Origin: a virus | Lineage: Duplodnaviria > Caudoviricetes | DNA: 61,443 bases | Direction: 5' to 3' (one strand) | Virus record (IMG/VR): IMGVR_UViG_3300043399_000848 | Coordinates: 1-61,443 of that record | The notes under the pieces: model-generated | Told to the model about the DNA's origin: nothing | The model's input: only the letters and a program-made list of their open reading frames with translations | Databases searched by the model: none | Shown here: positions 19,098 to 30,500 of the stretch, one piece after another | Position numbering within the stretch: position 1 is the stretch's first letter | Layout: each line of letters starts with the position of its first letter | Program-made: the position numbers and the translations under genes

Positions 19098-20066
19098 ATG
19101 CCAGCAGCAATACCACTCGTAGGGGCGGCGTTCAGCATCGGCGGCGGACTGGCTGCAGCGGGCACCGCCGCGGGACTGGGCGGCACCATCGCCGGGGGTC
19201 TTGCCGCGGTCAGCGCTGGCGGACTGACCGCGCTGGGGCTAACTGGCGGCCTGATGGTCGCAGGCGGGGCCCTGACCGCGATCGGCACGCTGACGGGCAA
19301 CAAGAAGCTGGCCACGATCGGGTCTGTTCTTGGCCTCGCGGGCGGCATCGGCAGCGCTCTCGGCAAGGGCGCGGAGACCGCCGCTGCCGACGTTGCTGGA
19401 AGCGCCGCCGGGGAGGCAGGGGCCAGCACGACGGCCAACGTGGGCGGTGAGATTGCTCGGGGGGCTGTTGCGGATACGGCAACGAGTGTTGCCGAATCAG
19501 CAGCGAAAACGGCCAGCGCCACTGGCGAAGCTCTGCGTGGCGGCGGACTGATCGAGACCGCGGCCAACCAGGGCCCCCTGGACGCTCTTGGCCAGGAGGC
19601 CGCCGCGGCGTCGTTCGCTCCGCCGGCTGCTCCGGCCGCGGAGGCGCTGACGGGCACCCCGATGGCCGCGCCGGGCGCCCCCGCCCCTGCGGTCGTGGCC
19701 CCGAGCGAGGCCGCGAAGAACTACGGCACGTACGCCACCGAGAGCCGCAACTTCGTCCCGAACATGGCCGGCGGCCCCGACACCGGAACCGGCTGGTGGG
19801 ACAAGATGAAGGACTTTGGGAAGGACTTCACCAAGTTCACCAAAGAGAATCCGACTCTGACCCAGGTCGGCGGCGGACTGATCTACGGCGTGGCGCAGGG
19901 AATCGGCCAGGATAACGCCGTCAAGAAGCAGGCCGCCGAGCGGAAGAAATACGACGAGTGGGTATCCCAGAGGTACAGTGACAGTGTCCGCAATCTTACG
20001 ATTGGTGCTGTAGGGGGCAGGAAGCCTGTCCCATCTGGAGGCATAATCGGGGGAGCGAGGGGTTGA
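19098..20066 (+). CDS. Putative ejection (pilot) protein
   Basis: Gly/Ala-rich hydrophobic N-terminus; AAGGA RBS. Confidence 0.6.
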   Translation: MPAAIPLVGAAFSIGGGLAAAGTAAGLGGTIAGGLAAVSAGGLTALGLTGGLMVAGGALTAIGTLTGNKKLATIGSVLGLAGGIGSALGKGAETAAADVAGSAAGEAGASTTANVGGEIARGAVADTATSVAESAAKTASATGEALRGGGLIETAANQGPLDALGQEAAAASFAPPAAPAAEALTGTPMAAPGAPAPAVVAPSEAAKNYGTYATESRNFVPNMAGGPDTGTGWWDKMKDFGKDFTKFTKENPTLTQVGGGLIYGVAQGIGQDNAVKKQAAERKKYDEWVSQRYSDSVRNLTIGAVGGRKPVPSGGIIGGARG

Positions 20067-20067
20067 C

Positions 20068-20643
20068 ATGGCTGGAATGATCGACGAAGCGCGCGGGCAG
20101 GAGAAACCTGAGGGCGAAACTACGCCTAAGGCGGATAGCCCGACTGTCACCCCCAAGAGCGTCCGCTCGAAAATGAGCATGCCCAAGGACATGGGCGCTG
20201 CCTATGACGCGGTCATCTCCGCGGCCAAGCGGATCATGTACAGCGAGGAGATGAAGCCCCAGATGGTGGAGCTCTTGCGCGGCCCGGGCGAGCTCGGGGA
20301 CAAGATCGGCCAGGGCGTTGTCGCTCTGATGGCGATCCTGTACACGCAGACCAACGGCACGATGCCGCCGCAGTTGATCATCCCTGCCGCCACGGAGCTG
20401 GTCGCTGAGGCTGGCGACTTCCTGAAGAAGGTCGGCGTCAAGGTCACCGACAACGACATCGCAGAGGGCATGGCCGCGGTCGTGGAGCAGATCCTCGGCA
20501 CGGCCGGCATCCAGCCCGAGCAGATCCCCGAGCTGATCGCCCAGCAGGGCCAGCAGCCCCAGCCCCAGCCCCAACAGGCCGCCCCCGGCGGCGCACCCGA
20601 GCTGTCGCCTGACGGCCGTCCGATGGGAGGCTTCGAGCCATGA
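20068..20643 (+). CDS. Hypothetical ejection-module protein
   Basis: Tightly packed; genome-like codon bias. Confidence 0.65.
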   Translation: MAGMIDEARGQEKPEGETTPKADSPTVTPKSVRSKMSMPKDMGAAYDAVISAAKRIMYSEEMKPQMVELLRGPGELGDKIGQGVVALMAILYTQTNGTMPPQLIIPAATELVAEAGDFLKKVGVKVTDNDIAEGMAAVVEQILGTAGIQPEQIPELIAQQGQQPQPQPQQAAPGGAPELSPDGRPMGGFEP

Positions 20644-21554
20644 GCCTGAGGGGAATCATTGCAGGGGCGCTCGGCGGCGTTGGGTCGGCGGTGGCCAAGA
20701 TCGGCGCCGAGGAGATGGCCCAGCAGAACCGGATGGCGGTCTACGACAAGCAGGCCGAGCTGGAGGAGCGCAAGATGCGCCTGGCCGACGAGCTGTCTCG
20801 CTCCCGCGCCGAGTGGGAGGTCAGCACCGACGGCCTCGGCGGCAAGAAGATCGAGTTCGAGACACAGCGGACAGCAAAGGTGGGCGCTGCTCAAACCGGG
20901 GTCGAGGTCGAACGTGAGAGGACTTTGGCCCCCGAGCGGCAGAAGAGCGCCGTCAACCAGGCGGTGGCGGTCAAGACCGCAGAGGGCAATCTGGAGCGCG
21001 AGCAGACAATCGCACGGGGTACGGACAAGCAGTACCTGGCCGCCTTCCGTGCGATGAACGACGCAAAGGAAAGCTCCGCGTCGCGTGCCTCGGCGGCCGC
21101 GGCCTTCTACGAGCTCACCCGCAAGAGAACGGCGGACAAGCTACGCGACCAAGCGGCGGATGCCCTCAAGGCCGGCGACAAGGAAAGCGCTGACAACCTG
21201 ATCCGTCAGGCGGACGTCGTGGTCGGCAAGGTCTCGGCGAAGAGCTACAGCGACGTCGTCGGGGCGATGAAGGTCCTCGAAGGCCAGGCCGCGGCACTGC
21301 TGGACCCGATGAAGGGTGGCGACCCGGACAAGCCCGAGAACGTGGCCGAGGCCAACGCGATCCGTCAGCAGATCCGCACGCTGGGCGAGAACATCGGCTC
21401 GGCCAAGGGTGTGGGCGCTGGCGGCGGGGCGCCCCCTCCGGCCCCGGCAGTGGTGCCATCGGCAGCAGTCGAAGCCCTTCGCAAGAACCCCTCCCGCGCT
21501 GCTGAGTTTGACGCCAAGTACGGCGCGGGCGCGTCCAAGCAATACCTGAAGTAG
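20640..21554 (+). CDS. Putative ejection protein
   Basis: N-terminal GxxAGALGG, helical body, C-terminal FDAKYGAGAS motif. Confidence 0.6.
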   Translation: MSLRGIIAGALGGVGSAVAKIGAEEMAQQNRMAVYDKQAELEERKMRLADELSRSRAEWEVSTDGLGGKKIEFETQRTAKVGAAQTGVEVERERTLAPERQKSAVNQAVAVKTAEGNLEREQTIARGTDKQYLAAFRAMNDAKESSASRASAAAAFYELTRKRTADKLRDQAADALKAGDKESADNLIRQADVVVGKVSAKSYSDVVGAMKVLEGQAAALLDPMKGGDPDKPENVAEANAIRQQIRTLGENIGSAKGVGAGGGAPPPAPAVVPSAAVEALRKNPSRAAEFDAKYGAGASKQYLK

Positions 21555-21558
21555 CTTA

Positions 21559-24500
21559 ATGGCCAACTTCTTCGATCAGTTCGACAAGCCCGCGAAGGGT
21601 AACTTCTTCGATCAGTTTGACGGCCCTGAAAAGAAAGAAGGCGCCTTCGAACGGGCTGCGCGTATTGCCCGCGACGAGGACGGCGGCGTTCTGCCCGCGG
21701 TGGGATCGCTCATCGCGTCGGCCCTGCCCGAGGGCGGCGACAAGAGAACCGCTGGCGGCTTCTTCAAGGACACCGCGGTCGACCTCACCCGTGGCGTGGT
21801 CGGTCTGGGCCAGAGCGCGGTCGGCTTGGGCAACCTTGCCCGGGGGGTGATCGGGACGGTCGCATTCGGCGGGCTTGTCAGCCCGGGCGCTCTCGGCAAA
21901 GACCTGGAGGACCTTGGGTACAGCGGCGAGCAGACCCAGAAATTCCTTAGCGGTCTGTACACGCAGGACCGCCAGGAGGCGGACCGGAACGTCGAAGAGG
22001 CGAAGGGCTTCTTCAACACGCTCGGCGCCCTGGCCGTCAACCCCAGCTCGCTGGTGGGCCAGGTCGTTCAGTCTGTCCCCCAGACGGTCGCTGCTGGTGC
22101 TGCTGGCGGGGCCATCGTCCGCGCGCTGCTGCCTGGGGCGACCCAGGCCGCGGCTGCTGCCGGCCTCGTTGGCGACGACGCCGCCAACTTCATCTCCAAC
22201 TACGTGTCCAAGCGGGCTCTCGCCGCCGCTGCGGGGAGCGAAGGCGCGCTGACCGCCGGCTCGATCGCAGAGTCCGGCCGAGAAGCCGGTCAGGAGTTCT
22301 CGACGTATGCGCCAGCGGCCGTAGTTGGCGGCGTTGGGACGGGCCTCATCGGCGCCGCAAGTGGCGCCATCGGACGTCGTCTCGGGATCGGAGACATCGA
22401 GGCCGACATCGCCATGCGGGGCGCGGGCGTTGTCCCGACCGCGGGCGCAGGCAGCAGGCTCAAGCAGATCGGCAAGGACGCCCTCAAAGAGGGTGTCCTG
22501 GAGGAGGCCCCGCAATCGTTCCAGGAGCAATTGGCCACGCAGTACGCGCAGGGCAGGCCTTTCGACCTGGAAGAGGCCGCCAGCGCGGCCGCTCAGGGTC
22601 TCGCTTCTGGCGCCGTCATGGGCGGCGCTGGCGCCCTGGTTCGCCCACGTGCGCCAGCTCAAGTCCCGGCGGCCCCCGCGGACCAGGACGCAGCCCTCAC
22701 CGGCCAGGCCGGCCGCCTGACCGCGGCCACGGACGCGTACCTGCGCGGCGGCCTGCAGTCGTCAGACCCGACCGACGTGCTGTCGTCTGTCGTGTCCGCT
22801 CCGACGCCGAACGGGGACATCGGCGCTGCGATCACCGCAGCCGACCAGGCCGCCGGCCCGTCGATCGAGGAGATGATGCGGCAGAAGCGGCAGGCAGCCG
22901 CCGACCGCGTGGCCCAGGAGCTGGGCTACCCGACGATTGACGTGAATGCCCCCGCTGACGGCGGCTTGATCGCCGACATCCAGGCCCGCAGCCAGGCCGC
23001 GGTGAGCGCAGCCCAGGCCGAGCTCGGTCTTCCCCCGGCCACCGCCCCCGTGGTCCAGCAGGACTTCGCAGCACGTCGCGAGTCGGCGGCTCGTGCTGCT
23101 CAGGGCGAGCTTGGGATCGAACTGCCGACCGCCCCGCCGGTTGTTGGCGATCAGCTCACGCCGACCCAGAAGCAGGAGCTCGTGCGTCAGCAGATGCAGG
23201 CCCCTGCTCGGGCCCCGGACCTCGTCACGCAGGTCCAGCAGCAAGTCCAGACCCAGCCCGCGACCACGGGCGAGGACGTGGCCAGGGTCCGCACGGAGGT
23301 CGAGGAGCAGGCCCTCCAGCGGTGGCAGGCTGAGTACGACCAGCAGACCGCGGCTCAGGCCGAGAAGCAGGGCGTCGAAGCGGCAAAGGCTGCCACCGAG
23401 ACCCAGGCTCGCATGCGCGAGTCCCAAGACGAAACGGCTCTTGCGGAGCTTGACCGGATCGCTCAAGGGGAGCGCCAGCGTGCTGTCGACTCTCTCGTGC
23501 GCGCGTACGGCGAGAGGACGCAGTTCAGCTCCGCTGCAACCGTCCTGCAGACCAACCAGCAACTGACCCGGCTGGGCCAGCAACCGCTGACCAAGTCCGA
23601 GCGCGACCGGGTCGTGACGCTTCTGGACAGCGCACGCACGTTCACCTCTCCTGCCCAGGAACAGGTTCAGGTCATCCCCGACCGTGGCGCGGACAACGCC
23701 GCCCTGGAGCAGCAGATCCCGGAGAAGAAGGACAACCTTCCCCGCCCGGCAAACATCGGCGGCCAGCCGGCGTCCAGCTACTCGGTGTCTCAGCTCACCG
23801 ATCTGATCGCCAACACCAGCATCCCTGCGATCACGAGGCGAGGCGCTCAGGTCGAGCTGCTTGCCCGTCAACAGGAGCAGGCGGCTCCGGCCCCCGCAGC
23901 GCCCGCCCTCCCCGCTGCCGTTACGCCTGCCGGACCCACGATCGTTCCGAGCGCCAAGCGCACCCCCGAGCAGGGCCTCCAGGTGGCCGCTGCCAAGAGG
24001 AGCGAGAAGACGGGCCAGCAGGTCACGTTCACCGTCGCTGACGTGGCCACGCTGCCGACGATGGCCAAGGCCGGGGGCGGGCTGTCGAAGCAGGCCCACA
24101 CGATCATCAACAACGTCTCCCGGGTGTTCGGGAAGAAGCTGGTCGTGTTCGACTCGGACGATGCCGGGGCGGCAGATGGCTTCGTGATTGACGACGATCC
24201 GGACACGATCTACCTGAATCGCAAGAGCGAGGTGCCGCACCTGGTCGTGTTCGGCCACGAGCTGCTGCACTCCCTTCGCCGCGACAACAAGGACGCGTAC
24301 GAGTCGATCGTCAAGTCGATCAAGATGGCCGAGGGTGTGGACATCTCCGAGACCCCGGGCATCCGGGGCGACATCGAGGAGTTCACCGCCGACCTTCTGG
24401 GCAACAGGTTCCGCGAGACGGAATTCTGGGTCGGTACGTTCCGCGACATCATCGCCAGCAAGGGTCAGGCGGAGGGCAAGAAGGTCGTCACCCGTCTGGC

Positions 24501-27500
24501 GGCCACGGCCACCCGGGCGATCAACGGCCTGATGAAGGCCCTCGGCCGCGCGCCTGGTTTCAACACCGACAAGATGGTCGCCAACCTGGGCGACGTCAAG
24601 ACGGCCCTCCGCGGCGCGCTGTCCAACTACGCCAACCAACGGTACGACGCCGCGGTGGCGCTGGAGCGTGAGCGGCTGTCCGGTCCTGCGCGAGGCGAAA
24701 CCGTGCCTGTGGCCGAGTCTGGTGGCGAGGTCGTCACCAGCGCCCGCCGCGGCGAGAAGCCTGGCCAGCTCGACGGGCTTGTCGGGTACCACTTCAGCAA
24801 CCAGGCCCGGCAGACGCTGAGCACGGGCTTCTACGGCACGGGCCTGCGCGGCAGCGACAGGGACGAGATCCAGTCCTACCCCGACAAGCGCGTCGGCAAG
24901 CGTCTGTCGTTCTACTTCGACAAGGGCACGGGCGTGCGGCCCGAGTCCGGTGTCGGAGGGGTTGCGCACCGCGTTGCGCTCGACAACATCTACGACTCGG
25001 ACTCCGATCCGCTCAAGCTGAAGAGGGGCGCCAACAAGAGGGCGTTCGAGGCGGCCGTCCTGGACGCCGGATTCGACGGGTACATGACCCGCCTGGAGGG
25101 CACCCAGCCCGGCCAGGTGGTCGTCCTCGGAGACCGCACGTACAAGCCCGAGGTGCTCGGCCCCCGCTCGCGTATCAACGACAGCGAGCCTGCCGTCGCG
25201 CAAGCAGCGCAAGAGCCGCAGTGGAAGAACGTCGCCACCGGCCCGACCCGCGAGGGCCTGCAGGACCGCATGGCCCGGATGGAGTCGTCCGGCAGCTGGT
25301 CCGGGTACGACATGCAGATCGTCGAGGCCGGGCGCGGGTTCTACGCGCTGCAGACGCGGCCGAAAGTGGTACCTTCTGAAAAGAGAGGTGAAAGTGGACG
25401 ACCCGAACAAGCCGGAGACCGAGCAGGACGGTATTCGATCGGAAGCCTTGCGCCGCTTGAAGGCGCGCCGAATGTTGCAGGGGCGTCAGGTCCCGACCCC
25501 CGGCTCGTCGCCGTGGCCGAAGAATACGCCCGAGAAACGGGGATCCCGCTCCGGCGCCAAGGCTCCTACGTCCAAGTAGACGAGGACCGCGCACGCCGCA
25601 TCGCCGCGGCGTACGACGCGATGCCCCACGCGCCGCTGGACCCTGCGGTCCGCGAGGCATACGACAACCTGGCCCGGCAGACGCTGGCCCAGTACCGGGC
25701 GTTGGAGCGCGCCGGCTACCAGTTCTATCTGGTTGACGAGACCAACGACCCGTACGGCGGCAACCCGTGGAACGCGATGCGCGATCTGCGGGCGAACCAG
25801 CGCATGGGTGTGTTCGCCACCGAGGCCGGGTTTGGAACCAGTGACTTCGACCCGGAGGGCAACCCCCTGCTGGCCGACACGGGACTTGAGTGGAGCTACG
25901 GCTCGCCCGACGGCCCGAAGAAGCGGGTGCTGTTCAACGACCTGTTCCGTGCTGTACACGACGCCTTCGGCCACGGTCTTGAGGGCGCTGGCTTCCGCGC
26001 TCAGGGCGAGGAGAACGCCTGGCAGGCCCACGTTCGCCTGTTCACCGGCAGCGCCGTGGGGGCGATCACGAGCGAGACGCGCGGTCAGAACTCCTGGCTG
26101 AACTACGGTCCCTACGGCGAGCAGAACCGCAACGCCAGGGTCGAGGACACCGTCTTTGCCGATCAGAAGACCGGGCTCATGCCCGAGTGGACCTGGACCG
26201 AAGGCCGGGCGGAAGACGAGATCCGGGAAAGCGCCAAGCGCGGCCCGCAGAAGATCGAGGTGGGCAAGACGATCCTGCAGTCGGAGCCCCTGACCCCCGA
26301 GCAGTGGGCTTCCGTCCGGGAAATTGGGCTGAAGCGAATGACGCCTGAGGAGCGCGCCGAGGTCGAGGCCGCGGAGCGCCGCGTGTCCGTCAACACCGAG
26401 ACTGCGGACAAGAAATCCGTCGAGTACGTCAGCATTGCCAAGGCCGCGCTGGACAGCATGCCTGTCCCGCAGCTGTCCACGGTTCCCATCTTGTCCGGTC
26501 GCGCGCCACTGAGGGTCATTCCGACGGGCAAGGTCGGAAAAGACGGGAAACGAAAGACCCGTGTCTTCGACGTGGCCCGTGCGCTTCGGAACCGCTTCCT
26601 CAAGCGGGCCGGCGACATCAACACGGAGCAGGGTCAAGAGGCCATCGCTCGGGCAATGGCGCACGAGGCTCTGTACGCCCTGTCCCAGGACGGCCACGCC
26701 GTGGGCTGGTACGACCGGAAGGTTGTCGAGGCGATCGCCAACGCCGCGATCGCGCATCCTCGGATCCTGACGGACCGTGAGTCAAACTTCATGTTCCGCG
26801 TGGTTCTGGCCGTGACGTCAAACGGCCAGGCCGTTCGGGACAACTTCAGCTTTGGTAACTCGATCCTGAAGACCTGGTTCGAGACGAATCGTCTGCCGGA
26901 GCAATTCGACGGGGGCGGCGCTCGTAGCCCCGCCATGAAGCTTGCATTCGCCAAGGTGAACCGGCTTGTTCAGGAGCACGGCTGGGAGAAGACCGAGCAG
27001 ATCCTGAGGCAACTCCGCCAGGTCGGGCAGATTGAAAAGGAGTTCGATCTCAAGATCAGCGGCGAGAACAAGAAGACTCTGGTGCCCGTTGCCGTCGGCA
27101 TGGGCGGCCCGAAGATCGGTAACTTCTTCGCCAACCTGTCCGGGTTCTTCGACAACCCGACGATGGACCTGTGGTTCATGCGGACGGTGGGGCGGATGGC
27201 CGGCAGCAACCTCGCCACGAAGCCGAGCCTGGTCAAGTTCCTGGACGACCTGAGCAAGCTGCTGCCGGAAACCGGCGAGGTCAACGGGATCGACGTCAAG
27301 GACATTCGGGAGGAAATCGCAGCGTACAAGGCACTGGAGCCTGACGAGCAGACGGACCCCGAGCTGACGATTCAGTATTTGCAGAAGACCGAGCAGTACG
27401 CCCGGAAGCAGTACCAGATCTTCTCCACGGGCACGGGCAAGGTTTACGAGAACGGCAAGACCCGGACCTTCGACGACAAATCCCCGCTCAACCTGAACGC

Positions 27501-30500
27501 GCGTTCCCTGGTCAACAACCTTTCGACCCTGGTCGAGGCTCCCGGCAGCGGCAACGAGCGCAACAACCTGCGCAAGATCGTCAACCGCGCCCTGGCCTTG
27601 CTGCGCCAGCGGGGGATACAATTGAACGCCGCCGATCTTCAGGCGGTCCTCTGGTACTACGAGAAGAACCTCTATGGAAAAGTCGGCAACATCTCGGAAA
27701 GCGCAAAGCCGTGGGACTACGCCTCAGCAGCGCGATGGGGAGTTGGCCGGGAGCTTGGACTCGTTGATGTCAAGCCTTCAGGTCGAGCAAGACCGGTTCG
27801 AGAGGGAGAATCAGGACAGCCGGACCTGGAACGACCCGGAAGCGTTCGCGAAGGCGGTGCGGTCAATGCTCCGCAGTCAGAGCAGCCCCTCAGCCCAGGA
27901 CCATTCACCCGCGCCCGAAGCCTGACCCAGCGCCAGGCGGGGGACGCCGGCCCGGCTGACGTCGTGGCCAGTGAGCCCCCGGCCGAACCGCGGGTCGTGC
28001 TGAGCGAGAAGCGCACCCCTCTCGGGTTCTACTCCGCCCTGGCTGCCGGCGTTGGTCAGATCAAGACCAATGCTGCCCCTGCTCAGGGGTGGAAGGACGC
28101 CATCAAGGGCTTGGTGAACAAGGGCCAGGTCAAGCAGGACGAGGTCGAGTGGTCGGGCGTCAACGATTGGCTCGACCTCCAGCAGGGCAAGGTCACGCGC
28201 GAGGAGGTGGCCGAGTACCTGAAGCAGGGTGGTGTGCAGGTTGAGGAGACGGTGTTAGGGGGCGCCGGTGGCTGGTCTGTAGTTGATCAGGCTACCGGCG
28301 GCGACCAATTTGTTGAGGCTTTTGCCACAGAGCAAGAGGCCGAGGCGCGAGCGCAAGAGCTTGGCGCCCGCGAATACGCGGCAATTCCAAGCGGGAACAC
28401 GCCGACGGCCGAAACCAAATACGCCAAATACACCCTCCCCGGCGGCACCAACTACCGCGAGGTGCTGCTGACGTTGCCGTTCAGGGGTCCAAATTTTGGG
28501 GATTGGGCCGCCGCACGCGGCATTCAACTGCAGGCCCTGTCTGCGAGCGAGGCAGATAGGCTTGGGGATGAGTTTGACGCGCAGGCGGAAAGGGGCATGT
28601 ACCGCTCCAAGCACTGGGACCCACCCAACGTCCTCGCCCACATCCGCGTCAACGACCGCACCGATGCCGATGGCAAGCGCGTGCTGTTCGTCGAGGAGCT
28701 TCAGTCTGACTGGGGGCAGGAGGGGAAGAAGAAGGGCTTCATTGGCGGCAAGGTGAAGGGCTACCAAGTCCAGTTCAACGGTCGCCCGGTCATGACCTAC
28801 GAGACGCGCCAGGAAGCCGACGCCCACGTCGAGCGCGCGAAGGGGTTCGACAAAGAAGCCCCCGTCTCCGTGGTCGAAGTGGAAACAACCCGGCACTCCG
28901 TCAACGAAAGGGCGGAAGGCAAAGTGCTCAACGCCCCCTTCGTCACCAAAACCGAAGGCTGGCTCAACCTCGCCCTCAAGCGCGTGATGATCATGGCCGC
29001 AGAGGGCGGCTACGACCGCGTGGCTTTCACCACGGGTGCGCAAAACGCGGAGCGATTCTCGCTCGACAAAACGCTGCGCGAGATTGCTTACGAGCCAACC
29101 GAAGATGGCAAGTACGAAATCACGGCGACCGATCTTGAAGGTACAGAGGTCATCAGCGAAGACGAAGTCCGCCTTGACCGGATTGAAGAGCTGGTCGGCA
29201 AGGAGATCGCGGAGAAGATTGCTCGCGACGAGGGCGAGCGCGATGACGACGGGTATCGCGAATGGCGCTACCTGCGAGGCGACAACCTCAAGGTCGAAGC
29301 CAAGGGCATGCGCGCCTTCTACGACACCATCGTGCCCACGGCGCTGAAGAAGCTGCTGCCGAAGGTGGGTGGGGGGCAGATGGCGGCAGTGAACATCATC
29401 GATGCCGCTCGTGAGCCCGAGATGGTGGGCGTCGATGAGGACGGCGACGCGATCTACGACGACGGCATTGGGGACTCGCTGCAGCAACCCGGCTTTGACG
29501 TCACCCCCGCCATGCGCGAGAAGGTGTCCGAGGGCCTGCCGCTGTTCAGCGAGAAGCGCAACATCCCCGACCTGAACGCGGCCCAGGAGCAGGCGCTGCG
29601 CAACGTGGGTGGTGTGGTCGTCGAGCAGACCGTCGGCGAGCGCGCGGCTGAGTTCAAGAACGCTTTCGCTCGCAACTGGATCGGGGGCATCTTCGACCAG
29701 TTCAACGAGCTGCGCAGCCTGGGCCCCAAGGCTTACATGCTGGCACGCATGTCCAAGGGTTCGGAAGGCACGCTCGAAGCGACCATGCTCTACGGCAAGC
29801 CGTTCCTCACCGCCGACGGTGTCGCAGACGTCAAGCTCGGTGGCGAAGGCTTCGCCAAGGTGCTGGGCAAGCTCGAAGGCGAGCACGACCGGTTCCTGTG
29901 GTGGGTCGCGGCACAGCGCGCAGACCAGCTCAAGGCGCAGGGCCTGGAGAACCTGTTCACCGACAAGGACATCAGCGCACTCAAGTCGCTGAACCAGGGC
30001 AATACCGCCCGCGGGACGGCTCGCGGCCGCCTGTACGCAGAGGCCCTGCGGGACATGAACGACTTCAACGACGCGATCCTCAAGATCGCCGAGCAGTCGG
30101 GGCTGGTCGACCCTGAGGCCAGGGCGCTGTTCAAGAACAACCCCTACGTCCCGTTCTACCGGGTCATGGAGGGCGATGGTGTTTCGGGCCCGACGTTCAG
30201 CTCCGGACTGACCAACCAATACGCGTGGAAGAAGCTCAAGGGGGGCTCGCAGAAGCTGAACAACGACCTGCTGGCCAACGTCCTGATGAACTGGTCCCAT
30301 CTTCTCTCGGCCTCCGCCAAGAACCGCGCCCTGACCGAGTCGCTGAAGGCGGGCGTTGCCGCGGGCGTGGCGCAGAAGGTCCCCTCCGGGACCAAGGAGT
30401 CCGTGCGCGTGCGGGTCAACGGCAAGGAAGAGCACTACCTGGTCAGCGACCCCGGCGTGATGTCGGCGATCTCTGCGATCGAGTACCGCACCCCTGGATT

